A program made the position numbers and the translations under genes. The notes below the pieces were generated by a model that was given only the letters and a program-made list of their open reading frames with translations, was not told the DNA's origin and ran no database searches. A stretch of DNA of 64,000 nt from Clostridiales bacterium. Lineage in GTDB: Bacteria; Bacillota; Clostridia; Saccharofermentanales; DTU023. The stretch is taken from the NCBI GenBank assembly GCA_004556455.1, contig SFGY01000002.1:85902-149901 (forward strand). The letters run 5' to 3'. Position 1 is the first letter of the stretch, and each line of letters opens with the position of its first letter. Below, piece by piece: positions 18,990 through 28,424 of the stretch.

Positions 18990-19454
18990 ATGGCCTGCTT
19001 TTTGGTGCCTACAGGCGAGGCAATTGTGGTCAGTCTTCTTCGGTTGGCTTTGAAGAAAAAAGAGGAGAGGGCAGAAGTTCAGCCTGATTCTTTGGCGAGT
19101 TCTGCAAGTCCGGTAAGTCCGGCGAGTCCGGTAAGTCCGGCGAGTTTAGTAAGTCCGGGTGTGCGGAAGTTGCGCCGGCGCTTGAGATGGCTCTCACATA
19201 TGCTTTGGGGCGGTTCTGCGCTGCTTGCTTTTGAGCATCTTTGGCATGGCGAAATTGTACCATGGTTTCCCTTCCTGACAGCGGCCTCCGACCCGGAAAG
19301 TGCCGGGGTTATGCTGCATGAGATGGCTACTGCCGGCGTGATGATGGCGCTTTTGACGACGGCAGCCTGGGGGCTGATGTGCCTGGCTGCGTCGGCGATT
19401 GAAAAGCGCTCTTTGCAGCAGCTGTCTGCAGATTCTACGGGAGGGGCGCAATGA
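18990..19454 (+). CDS. Small membrane protein with an (A/V)SP tandem-repeat linker
   Basis: 154 aa. N-terminal hydrophobic segment, then SSASPVSPASPVSPASLVSPG encoded by an ~18-nt tandem repeat (19108-19160). C-terminal hydrophobic segments (GGSALLAFEHLWHGEIVPWFPFL; AGVMMALLTTAAWGLMCLAA). RBS aggaggg. Confidence 0.55.
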   Translation: MACFLVPTGEAIVVSLLRLALKKKEERAEVQPDSLASSASPVSPASPVSPASLVSPGVRKLRRRLRWLSHMLWGGSALLAFEHLWHGEIVPWFPFLTAASDPESAGVMLHEMATAGVMMALLTTAAWGLMCLAASAIEKRSLQQLSADSTGGAQ

Positions 19455-19762
19455 CTTTACTTCTGACGATTTTTGCGGCGATTATAGCGACCGTTTGCTG
19501 GTATCGCAGTTCTGAGGATAAAATGCAGCTCTCTTTTCTCTCGCTGATGTTCTGGGGCGCTTCCCTCATGTGGCTGGTGGATGCCGTTTTTGCGTACATC
19601 GAAGAAGGTGCTGCGTCTTTTGCACCCTCTGCGGAAGAGATGCTGAATGATGCCTACCTAGGCTTTTCGGTCATCGCGCTGGGACTTATTATCTGGCTCA
19701 TTCGCCTCTTGCTGGCGGATCCGCAGGGAAAACTCAGAGCGGCTCTGCAAAAGAAAGCCTGA
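19451..19762 (+). CDS. Small membrane protein (3 predicted TM)
   Basis: 103 aa. ATGA overlap with the previous ORF. Hydrophobic segments LLLTIFAAIIATVCWY, LSLMFWGASLMWLVDAVFAYI and GFSVIALGLIIWLIRLLL. Confidence 0.55.
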   Translation: MTLLLTIFAAIIATVCWYRSSEDKMQLSFLSLMFWGASLMWLVDAVFAYIEEGAASFAPSAEEMLNDAYLGFSVIALGLIIWLIRLLLADPQGKLRAALQKKA

Positions 19763-19996
19763 TCTATGTTCCAGCCCAGAATGAACACAGGGCGTTATGC
19801 TGAAGTAGGAAGCATCATGTAAATCAAACAAAAGCATGATGTGTCAAAAGCATGATGTGTGATGGGTCAGAGAAACAATAAGAGTAACAATAACAGAGAA
19901 ACCATAGTTCAATCATTCAGAAAAACGGTTATTTGAGAAGTTGATCATTTAAGAAATCGATCATTTGAGCAATCACAAATATAAGGAGAGAACACG

Positions 19997-21391
19997 ATGG
20001 AGACGGTAAAACCTGACAAGAATCAGAGGATTTGCATTATCGGCGGCGGCCCTGCGGGAACCTCGGCAGCGATGTATCTGGAGAAGAATGGCTACACGAA
20101 CTATGTCATTTACGAAAAAAGCGAACGTGTGGGCGGCAAATGCCGTTCGCCCCTGATGGCGGTTAAAAACAAAGCGGGAAAGTGGGAAGACCGTACCATT
20201 GAGATGGGCGCGGTCATGGGCTGTGATACGTATTTTGCGGTCCGTGAGTGCGAGGAGTTTGGCGGTGCGACGCATAAAGATGGTCCGCCCATGGGACGCC
20301 GTTTTATGAATACCGATGGTACCCCGGCCAAAACCAGCAAGCTGGCGCTGATTAAAAAGCTGCTGGCCCTGAGAAAAATGACGAAATTGCTGAAGACCAA
20401 ATATGTCGGCTATGATGTCAATGGGCATCGCGGTGTGGCGCAGGGACGTTATGATGGGCCTTGTCCTTCTCCCGAGTTGAAGCTCGCACATATTGAGGGC
20501 GAAAATCCGAACTTAAAAGATCTCTCGATGCCCTTTTCTGAATTCCTGAAAAAGAATCATTGCGAAGATGCCGAGTTAATCTGGAAGGGGCCCTTTACCT
20601 CTTTTGGTTATGGTTATTTTGATGAAATCCCCGCGGCCTACGTCCTGAAGTATCTCGATGCCTTCACGGTTCGTCAGTTCCTCAAGACTGGCCTGCTGTG
20701 GACCTGGAAAGACGGAACACAGTCCATCTGGCAGGGTGTGAATGCTCATCTGAAACATCCTGTTCAGACGAATAGCGAAATTACAGCCATTGAGCGTAAG
20801 GATGGCAAGGTGGTCGTGACCATCAACAATGAGCAGACGGAAAGCTTCGACAAGCTCATCATCTGCACACCTCTGGAGCTTTTCCTGGGTTACGGCGATC
20901 CCACCGAAGAGGAGAAGGAGCTTTTCTCGAAAATTGTGCATAAAGAGTACTTCACCATGGCGGTTCGTCCGCCCGAAGATAAGGCGCCGGATATTTCCTA
21001 TTACTACTTCCAGAATATGACGAATGAGACGCGCGGTCACCTCATGGTCTTTTACCATCGCTGGCCGGATTGCGGACCTCAGCCGCTGGTCACTTTCACT
21101 TTGCGCAATCACGCGGGGATGGAAGATGTCCCCTTTGATATAGCCAAAGAAACAACCCTCAAGGACATGGAGAAATCCGGTCTGCCTGTGGAAAAAATCG
21201 AACGTATCGACGACTGGTACTATTTCCCGCATGTCAGCTCCGAGGATTATGCGGATGGCTGGTACGATAAGGTTGAGGCCCTGCAGGGCGAGAAGAATAC
21301 CTTCTATGCCGGTGAGGTCATGGCTTTTGGCGATATGGAAGAAACCGCAGAGTATTCACGCGAACTCGTGCGGAGATTTTTCCCGGTCTGA
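19997..21391 (+). CDS. FAD/NAD(P)-binding oxidoreductase (amine-oxidase/desaturase-like)
   Basis: 464 aa. N-terminal dinucleotide fold ICIIGGGPAGTSAAMYLEKNGYTNYVIYEKSERVGGKC. RBS aaggagag. Confidence 0.65.
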   Translation: METVKPDKNQRICIIGGGPAGTSAAMYLEKNGYTNYVIYEKSERVGGKCRSPLMAVKNKAGKWEDRTIEMGAVMGCDTYFAVRECEEFGGATHKDGPPMGRRFMNTDGTPAKTSKLALIKKLLALRKMTKLLKTKYVGYDVNGHRGVAQGRYDGPCPSPELKLAHIEGENPNLKDLSMPFSEFLKKNHCEDAELIWKGPFTSFGYGYFDEIPAAYVLKYLDAFTVRQFLKTGLLWTWKDGTQSIWQGVNAHLKHPVQTNSEITAIERKDGKVVVTINNEQTESFDKLIICTPLELFLGYGDPTEEEKELFSKIVHKEYFTMAVRPPEDKAPDISYYYFQNMTNETRGHLMVFYHRWPDCGPQPLVTFTLRNHAGMEDVPFDIAKETTLKDMEKSGLPVEKIERIDDWYYFPHVSSEDYADGWYDKVEALQGEKNTFYAGEVMAFGDMEETAEYSRELVRRFFPV

Positions 21392-21596
21392 ATCTGAACT
21401 CAGATGAAGCAAGACGAGAAGGTGGGGAGAAACTTCCGGTCAGGCTTTGCAGAAGGGCTTGCGGGAAGTTTCACCCACTCGCTTTGAGAAGATATTGTTA
21501 TCGATAGAGCATGCGGAAGGAAAGACTTCGGTACAACTTATGCCAATGAGCGGGCCGGAAGTTTTTCCTGAATTCAGGATAAGGAATCAGACGATT

Positions 21597-22268
21597 ATGG
21601 AAGAAATCAGAATTATCGAAGTCAAGCAAAGCGTTTTCGCTGACAATGATGAGAAGGCGGAAGAACTGCGTCAAAAGCTGCGCGAAAAAGGATGCTTCCT
21701 TGTGAATATCATGTCCAGCCCGGGATCGGGAAAGACCAGTATTCTGACGCGGCTGATCCCGGCCCTGAAAGATAAGTACAAGATTGCGGTCATGGAGGCG
21801 GATATCGATAGTGATGTAGACGCCCGGACGATCGCCGAAAAAACGGGAGTGGCCGCGATTCAGCTTCACACCGGCGGCATGTGCCACCTCGATGCAGCCA
21901 TGACGCGGCAGGGTCTAGATGAGGTTGGCGCAGAGGCTTTTGACCTCATCTTCCTGGAAAATGTCGGCAATCTTGTTTGCCCGGCGGAGTTTGACACGGG
22001 CGCCAGCAAGAATCTGGTGATTCTTTCTGTCCCGGAGGGCGATGACAAACCTTTAAAATACCCGCTCATGTTTGAAAAAGCGGATGTGGTTCTGCTGAAT
22101 AAAATCGATGTGTTACCATATTTTGACTTTGATGTCGACAAATTTGCCGGCTATTTAAAAATCCGCAATCCCAGGGCCGAGCTGCTGCCCGTTTCGGCAC
22201 GCAGTGGAGAAGGTCTGGAACACGTTGTCGCCTGGCTGGATAAAGCCATAGAAGAATGGAGAAAATAG
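21597..22268 (+). CDS. hypB: Nickel-insertion GTPase HypB
   Basis: Starting from MEEIRIIEVKQSVFADND: P-loop SSPGSGKTS, ENVGNLVCP and LLNKID motifs. The track ORF begins earlier, at 21447. Confidence 0.8.
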   Translation: MEEIRIIEVKQSVFADNDEKAEELRQKLREKGCFLVNIMSSPGSGKTSILTRLIPALKDKYKIAVMEADIDSDVDARTIAEKTGVAAIQLHTGGMCHLDAAMTRQGLDEVGAEAFDLIFLENVGNLVCPAEFDTGASKNLVILSVPEGDDKPLKYPLMFEKADVVLLNKIDVLPYFDFDVDKFAGYLKIRNPRAELLPVSARSGEGLEHVVAWLDKAIEEWRK

Positions 22269-22269
22269 G

Positions 22270-25161
22270 ATGCCTGAACAGTTTAAAACCTGTCGTTCAA
22301 AATATCAGGGAGAAGCTGAGTTAAAAAAGAATTACGTCAAACTGGGCCGAAAAATTACCGACTGCATTCCCCACAAAATTAAAGGACTCACGACCGACGA
22401 CCCGGAATACTGGGGCCTGAGAGAGCTTTTGAATGATGATATGGTCGAAGTCGCCAATAAGATGAAGCTCCGCAAATTCTATACCTATGAAGAGTTGCTG
22501 AAAATGAACCCCCGTTTTGAGCCTGTGGATCTTCAGAAACTCCTGGACGAGATGTCCTATATCGGTATTATCGAGTACGACTATGGCGATAACTACGACC
22601 ATGACGGCGAACTCAAAGACAGGCCGCGGATTAAGCGCTACCGTGTTCCCTATTTTGTTCCGGGAGCCGCGGAACTCTTTAATTCGAGCCAGGACCGCGT
22701 CGATCGCAATCCCGCCGCCGGAAACTTCTTTGAGCGCATGACCTTCATTCCTCTGAAGGGAGTGACCCAGATGGTGCCTCCCGGAGGCGGCGGTATTGGG
22801 ATGCACGTCCTTCCGGTTGAAGAGGCGATTAAATTTGAAAACAAATCGGTCGACCTGGAGGAAATCTCCTACTGGCTGAAAAAATATGAGGGCCACATTT
22901 CCAGCGGCATCTGCTCCTGCAGAGCAACCATGAAAAAAATGGGCGAAGGCTGCGGCGATGACTCGGAAAACTGGTGCATCCAGGTGGGCGATATGGCGGA
23001 TTACGCGGTCGAAACGGATCGCGCCCACTACATCGATGTGGAAGAAGCTCTCAGAATCATTAAAAAGGCCGAAGAAAATGGCTTTGTCCATGAAATCACC
23101 AACATCGATGGCGAGAATAAGATCTTCGATATCTGCAACTGCGACGTGAAGGTCTGCTATGCGCTTAGAACCGCTCTGCTTTTCAATACGCCCAACATGG
23201 TGCGCAGCGCGTACCGGGCGAAGGTGAAAAAAGAGAACTGCGTCGCCTGTGGCGGCTGCGCTGAGGTTTGTCCGGCGGGCGCGGTGAAGCTGGGCCAGAA
23301 GCTGCTCAAAAAAGACGGAACGGAGCAGAGCTATCCGAAAACGATTCTTCCCGATAACGTCGTCTGGGGGAAATATGCCTGGGATGAAAACTACCGGGAT
23401 ACGGCGCGTCTCTGCAACACCTATGAATCCGGTTCAGCGCCCTGTAAGTCAGCCTGCCCGGCTCATATTTCCATTCAGGGCTATTTGAAAAAGGCGCATG
23501 AAGGCAAGTTCGATGAGGCCCTGGCCATTATCAAGAAAGCCAATCCTTTCCCCGCCGTCTGTGGCCGTATCTGCAATAAACCCTGTGAAGCCGCCTGCAC
23601 ACGCGGCACGGTGGATCAGCCAGTGGCCATCGACGCGGTGAAAAAATTTATTGCTGATCGTGAGCTGAAGGCTGAAAAGCGCTACATTCCCCCGAAGAAC
23701 GCTCCCACGACCAACGAGGAGGGTTTTGACGATAAGATAGCCATTATCGGGGCCGGACCTGCCGGTCTCTCATGCGCTTACTATCTTGCGCTTCTGGGCT
23801 ACAAGCCTGTGGTTTTTGAAAAAAATGAAAAACCCGGCGGCATGATGACCTATGGCATTCCTTCTTATAAACTCGAAAAAGATGTCATCGAAGCCGAGAT
23901 CGAAGTGTTGCGCCAGCTCGGCGTGAGCATCAGAACCTCGTGCCAGGTGGGCCGCGATGTCACCCTGGATCAGCTGCGCGAAGAGGGCTACAAGGCCTTT
24001 TATGTCGCGGTAGGCTGCCAGGGCGGCAGACTTCCCGGCATCCCCAACGACACGGTGGAAGGAACGGATTATGCCGTACATTATCTCCAGGAATCTCTGA
24101 GCGGCGGACAAGCTCCCTTCAAGGGCAAAGTCGTTGTCATCGGTGGTGGTAACGTTGCCATTGACTGCGCCATGACCGCAGCGAAACGAGGCGCCTCAGA
24201 GGTGAGCATGATCTCGCTCGAAACGCGGGAGGAAATGCCTGCGAGCGAATCCGAAATTGCCGAAGCAGAGGTGGAAAAGGTACAAATCATCAACAGCTGG
24301 GGGCCAAAAGAAGTGCTGGTCGACGAGCAGAAGAAGGTGAAAGGACTGGTCCTGAAACGCTGCACGCGAACCATTGACCCTGAAAGTGGCCGTTTCTCGC
24401 CCCTCTATGACGAAGACGAGACCATGACTGTGGAGGCAGACTTTATCATTTTTGCCATCGGTCAGACCATTCTCTGGGACGGTCTCCTCGATGGCAGCAA
24501 GGTGAAATACCACCACGGCAACTATCCCATGGCCGATCCGCTGACCTTCCAAACCGACGAAGAAGATATTTTTGTCGGTGGTGATGATTTCACCGGGCCT
24601 AAATTTGTCATCGACGCCATTGCCCAGGGGCATTTCGCAGCTGAATCGCTGCACCGTTATGTTCGCCAGGCGCATATGACCATTGGCCGTGAACGCCATC
24701 AGTACAAAGCTTTTGATACAGCCGACATCACGCTTCCGGCTTCCTACGATACAGCCGGACGTCAGGAAGAGCCGATGGATGCTTCCATCAGCGATGCCTT
24801 CCGCGATCGCATGCTCACTCTGACCGAGGAGCAGGTTCATCTTGAAACAGGCCGCTGCCTCAGCTGCGGCGCTGCTGAGGTCGACCAGAACAAATGTATC
24901 GGCTGTGGTCTTTGCACGACACGCTGCGAGTTTGATGCCATTCATATCACCCGTGATCTTCCGGAAATGACCCATATGCTTGCAGGTGAGCAAAAACCGG
25001 CAGCTGTGATGGGCTATTCGATGAAGCGAGCCTTCAGAATTCTGACTCATGCAGGCACGCCTGAAGCGAAAGAAATGCGCCGCCGCCGCAAGGCGTATAA
25101 GCGTGCCAACAAGGCCTTTAACCGTGAGCATCCGGATGTAGGGAACGCTTATCATGCATGA
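22270..25161 (+). CDS. Large multi-domain Fe-S flavoprotein (Cys-rich N-domain, 4Fe-4S ferredoxin motifs, GltD/NADPH-type FAD oxidoreductase domain)
   Basis: 963 aa. Cys clusters: CSCRATMKKMGEGCGDDSENWC, CNCDVKVC, CVACGGCAEVCP, CKSACP...CGRICNKPCEAAC and a C-terminal CLSCGAAEVDQNKCIGCGLCTTRC. Dinucleotide folds KIAIIGAGPAGLSCAYYL and KVVVIGGGNVAIDCA. Confidence 0.7.
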   Translation: MPEQFKTCRSKYQGEAELKKNYVKLGRKITDCIPHKIKGLTTDDPEYWGLRELLNDDMVEVANKMKLRKFYTYEELLKMNPRFEPVDLQKLLDEMSYIGIIEYDYGDNYDHDGELKDRPRIKRYRVPYFVPGAAELFNSSQDRVDRNPAAGNFFERMTFIPLKGVTQMVPPGGGGIGMHVLPVEEAIKFENKSVDLEEISYWLKKYEGHISSGICSCRATMKKMGEGCGDDSENWCIQVGDMADYAVETDRAHYIDVEEALRIIKKAEENGFVHEITNIDGENKIFDICNCDVKVCYALRTALLFNTPNMVRSAYRAKVKKENCVACGGCAEVCPAGAVKLGQKLLKKDGTEQSYPKTILPDNVVWGKYAWDENYRDTARLCNTYESGSAPCKSACPAHISIQGYLKKAHEGKFDEALAIIKKANPFPAVCGRICNKPCEAACTRGTVDQPVAIDAVKKFIADRELKAEKRYIPPKNAPTTNEEGFDDKIAIIGAGPAGLSCAYYLALLGYKPVVFEKNEKPGGMMTYGIPSYKLEKDVIEAEIEVLRQLGVSIRTSCQVGRDVTLDQLREEGYKAFYVAVGCQGGRLPGIPNDTVEGTDYAVHYLQESLSGGQAPFKGKVVVIGGGNVAIDCAMTAAKRGASEVSMISLETREEMPASESEIAEAEVEKVQIINSWGPKEVLVDEQKKVKGLVLKRCTRTIDPESGRFSPLYDEDETMTVEADFIIFAIGQTILWDGLLDGSKVKYHHGNYPMADPLTFQTDEEDIFVGGDDFTGPKFVIDAIAQGHFAAESLHRYVRQAHMTIGRERHQYKAFDTADITLPASYDTAGRQEEPMDASISDAFRDRMLTLTEEQVHLETGRCLSCGAAEVDQNKCIGCGLCTTRCEFDAIHITRDLPEMTHMLAGEQKPAAVMGYSMKRAFRILTHAGTPEAKEMRRRRKAYKRANKAFNREHPDVGNAYHA

Positions 25162-25498
25162 GCTTGGTCTGGTCATGCACTTCATTGATATGGTGGAAAA
25201 GACTGCCAGACAAAATGGAGTGCAGAAGGTTGCAGCAGTCACGTTAGAAGTGGGGGAGGTGTCCACCATCATCCCCTCGTACTTTCGTGACTGCTATAAC
25301 TGGGCCATCAGGAAAACGGAATACATGAAGGACTGTGAACTGAACATGGTCATCATTGAAGCTAAATCCTATTGCCGGGATTGTCAGCAAACGTTCAGAA
25401 CCACAGCCTATGGCAAAGCCTGCCCGTACTGTGGCAGCCTTAACACTTATCTCATCACCGGCAATGAACTGACGGTGCGGGATTTGAAAGTGATCTAA
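25154..25498 (+). CDS. hypA: Nickel metallochaperone HypA
   Basis: 114 aa. MHELGL N-terminus (Ni site). Zinc-finger cysteines CRDC...CPYCG. It overlaps the upstream ORF by 8 nt. Confidence 0.8.
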   Translation: MHELGLVMHFIDMVEKTARQNGVQKVAAVTLEVGEVSTIIPSYFRDCYNWAIRKTEYMKDCELNMVIIEAKSYCRDCQQTFRTTAYGKACPYCGSLNTYLITGNELTVRDLKVI

Positions 25499-25626
25499 GA
25501 CTACTGGACGAAAGTTAATTAAGGGAATATGCTCGAAAGCGATCTCAGCTATACAAATGAAAATGATCTGAGTCCAGTAAGAAAAAATGGCGCGACTTTA
25601 ATTTTCAGGAAAGTCAGGAGAGACGT

Positions 25627-26982
25627 ATGCAGGAAAAGAAGTTTCTGAGCTTTCATGAGCTTATCGCAGTCGGCAGTTTGCTCTTTGGCATGTTGTTTGG
25701 CGCGGGCAATTTGATTTTTCCCCCTATCCTTGGGCAAAACGCCGGAGCCTCGTATGTTCCTGCGGCTCTGGGTTTTCTGGTCACAGCGGTCGGGTTGCCC
25801 GTTCTGGCCATTATCAGCTTTGCTCTCTCTCGTAAAACCACCCTTCGCGGTTATGCGGAGCGGGCAGGCAAAGGCTTTGGCCTGGCCTTTTCTCTTCTCT
25901 TATTGCTGAGCATCGGGCCCTTCTTCGCCATTCCCAGGAACACGACTGTGGCCTTTACGATTGGCATTGCGCCGCTGATTCAGGGTGAGCAGAGCCTTTA
26001 TCTTTTCTTCTATTCTCTGGCCTTTTTCCTCTTCGTGCTCTTTTTCTCTTTGCGGCCTTCGAAAATTCTCGATGTGGTGGGCAAAGTCATGGCACCTCTG
26101 TTTATTCTTTTAATCGCCCTGCTTATTCTGAAAAATCTCTTCATGCCCATGGGCAATCCGGCGCAATTTCCAGTGCAGGAAGCCTATGCGATACCCTTTG
26201 AGAAGGGTGTCCTGGATGGCTACCAAACCATGGACGTTTTGGCCTGCTTAGCTTTTGGGATCACCATTATCACCAATATTCAGCTGCTCGGTGTGAAAGA
26301 CAGCAGGCGGAGCGCAGCGGAGACGGCGAAATCATCGGTCTTCTCTCTGGTTGTTATGAGTTTGATTTATTTCGGACTTAGCTATCTCGGCGCAAGTTGT
26401 CAGGGCAGTATGGAAGCGCAGCAAAACGGCGGTGAAATCCTTGTCCGGGCCTCGCTCCACCATTTTGGGACTTTCGGTCAGATTCTGCTGGCCTTGACGA
26501 TCACGATTGCCTGTCTCAAAACGGCCATAGGCCTGGTTGTTTCCCTTTCACAAACTTTTGTCAAATTCTTCCCCAATGGCCCACGGGATAAGACTTGGTC
26601 CTATCTCTTTGTCATCATCGGTTTTATCTTCGCCAATTTCGGTCTCAACACCATCATCCAGCTGTCTTTGCCGGTTCTTATGTTCCTGTATCCGCTTTCC
26701 ATCACGCTCATCGCGCTCTGGTTGCTGGATGCGATACTTCCTTTGAGCGATAAAGCTTTTGTCATCACCATTATTCTCGCGATCATTCCGGCGCTTTTTG
26801 ATTTCCTTGCGGCTTGTCCTGCTGTCATATCTCAAAGCACATGGGCCAAAAGTCTGCTGAGCCTGCCGGAAGGGATTCTTCCCCTCTATGCTCTGGGCTT
26901 GGGCTGGCTTCTCCCTGTAGGTTTGGGTCTGGTAGTTTCGGCGGTCTTCCTGCGGGCGCCGAAAGTCTTGAAAAGCGTTTGA
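25627..26982 (+). CDS. brnQ: Branched-chain amino acid transport system II carrier (LIVCS family)
   Basis: 451-aa polytopic protein. N-terminus GSLLFGMLFGAGNLIFPPILGQNAG is typical of BrnQ. Confidence 0.8.
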   Translation: MQEKKFLSFHELIAVGSLLFGMLFGAGNLIFPPILGQNAGASYVPAALGFLVTAVGLPVLAIISFALSRKTTLRGYAERAGKGFGLAFSLLLLLSIGPFFAIPRNTTVAFTIGIAPLIQGEQSLYLFFYSLAFFLFVLFFSLRPSKILDVVGKVMAPLFILLIALLILKNLFMPMGNPAQFPVQEAYAIPFEKGVLDGYQTMDVLACLAFGITIITNIQLLGVKDSRRSAAETAKSSVFSLVVMSLIYFGLSYLGASCQGSMEAQQNGGEILVRASLHHFGTFGQILLALTITIACLKTAIGLVVSLSQTFVKFFPNGPRDKTWSYLFVIIGFIFANFGLNTIIQLSLPVLMFLYPLSITLIALWLLDAILPLSDKAFVITIILAIIPALFDFLAACPAVISQSTWAKSLLSLPEGILPLYALGLGWLLPVGLGLVVSAVFLRAPKVLKSV

Positions 26983-27020
26983 GCCTGAGCAGCACGTGGA
27001 ACTGAGTGAAAGAGGTGTCT

Positions 27021-27641
27021 ATGAATAAGCAGCCCTATATCGTTGGCATCGCGGGAGGCAGCGCTTCCGGAAAAACCACGATCATCCGTCAACTGCGGGA
27101 GATTTTTCAGGATGACATCACTCTGATCAGTCACGATTACTATTATTGGGCACATGATGAGCTTCCTCTGGAAGAGCGGGCGAAACTCAATTACGATCAC
27201 CCCAAGTCCTTTGAAACGAGCAAACTGATCGACGATCTGGATCAGCTCAAAGAAGGCATGGCTGTTGACGTGCCCATGTATGACTTTACCCGGCACACGC
27301 GAAAAAAGGAGAGCCTGCACATAGAGCCGAAACCGGTCATTCTGGTGGAGGGGATTCTTATTCTTGAAGACGCAGAGCTGAGAAAACGCCTGGACTTAAA
27401 GGTTTTTGTCGATACCGATGCCGACGAAAGATTGCTGCGCAGAATCCGCCGGGATACCCGGGAGAGAGGGCGCAGTGTGGAGAGTATCCTCAGCCAGTAT
27501 ATTTCCACGGTGAAACCCATGCACGAAGAATTTGTCGAACCCAGCAAAAAATATGCCGATATCATCATTCCCCGCGGCGGGAAAAATGCCCCGGCGGTGC
27601 ATATGCTGGTCGAATACATCCACACAATGCTGAGGCAATAG
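27021..27641 (+). CDS. udk: Uridine kinase
   Basis: MNKQPYIVGIAGGSASGKTT P-loop. Also LISHDYYY, NYDHPKSFE and RLLRRIRRDTRERGRS. Confidence 0.85.
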   Translation: MNKQPYIVGIAGGSASGKTTIIRQLREIFQDDITLISHDYYYWAHDELPLEERAKLNYDHPKSFETSKLIDDLDQLKEGMAVDVPMYDFTRHTRKKESLHIEPKPVILVEGILILEDAELRKRLDLKVFVDTDADERLLRRIRRDTRERGRSVESILSQYISTVKPMHEEFVEPSKKYADIIIPRGGKNAPAVHMLVEYIHTMLRQ

Positions 27642-27728
27642 AAAATTAAGAAACCCTGCGACCTGAGGTCAGGGCTCTGCGGCTCGTGTCCAGCTATAGC
27701 TCAGTCCAGCTCTGCTTCGCTTGTCCTG

Positions 27729-28376
27729 TCACAGTTTGCCGGGATGTAAAAGCTGCCAGGCGTCGAGCAGGCGCTGCCCGATGGTAAAGACAATGAGGGC
27801 CGCGTAAATCCACGTGAAGAGTGTCAGCTGAGAGGGGAAAAGCATCATCAGGGAGAAGGCGATAAAGCCTTCGGTACGCTCCATAAGGCCCGCCTGATAG
27901 TAAAAGCTTTTTTGAACACCCCGCTGATGTTTTGAAACTTGATTTGCAGGCGTATTCCCACTTTGCTTTAATTTTTCCGTGGCCATGCCTGTCGTCAGGA
28001 AAACGGTCATGGACATCAGGATAGAGGACGTGAGAAAGAGCAAAGCCAGAAGACTGTCTTCGCGTCTTAAAGCGAAGGCCCAGATGATGGCCAGCTCCAC
28101 GATTCGGTCGGAAACGATATCCAGCACGGCTCCCCAGAGGGAAGCACAGCCCAGTTTTCTGGCCATCTGCCCATCGAGAACATCAAAAAGGCCGGAGCAC
28201 CAGAGCAGCAGGAAGGCAGGGAAAAAGTATTCAAAATAGAGCAGGAGCCCCGCAAGAAGCCCCAGCAGCAGGGCCAGACTTGTGACCTGCATGGGTTTGA
28301 ACTTCCAGGCGATCAGCTGATCCGCCAGTTTAGAAAAAAGGGGATCGAAATATTTTCGTCCACGGGCATCGATCAT
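27729..28376 (-). CDS. CDP-alcohol phosphatidyltransferase family protein
   Basis: 215 aa, polytopic. Motif DVLDGQMARK...GAVLDIVSDR (D-x2-DG-x2-AR...D-x3-D). RBS taaggag. Confidence 0.8.
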   Translation of the reverse strand: MIDARGRKYFDPLFSKLADQLIAWKFKPMQVTSLALLLGLLAGLLLYFEYFFPAFLLLWCSGLFDVLDGQMARKLGCASLWGAVLDIVSDRIVELAIIWAFALRREDSLLALLFLTSSILMSMTVFLTTGMATEKLKQSGNTPANQVSKHQRGVQKSFYYQAGLMERTEGFIAFSLMMLFPSQLTLFTWIYAALIVFTIGQRLLDAWQLLHPGKL

Positions 28377-28424
28377 TTCCAGGCTCCTTATTTTCCATGA
28401 GACTTGACTTCTTTGAGACTTGTC

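Noticed and set aside
19973-25272. Long minus-strand ORFs in the track (19973..20491, 20576..21232, 21498..21887, 22321..23091, 23770..24111, 24196..25272).
   Set aside because: All are antisense to well-supported plus-strand genes (FAD oxidoreductase, hypB, Fe-S flavoprotein, hypA) in GC-rich DNA. Their sequences are low-complexity and R/A/G-rich. These are typical shadow ORFs.
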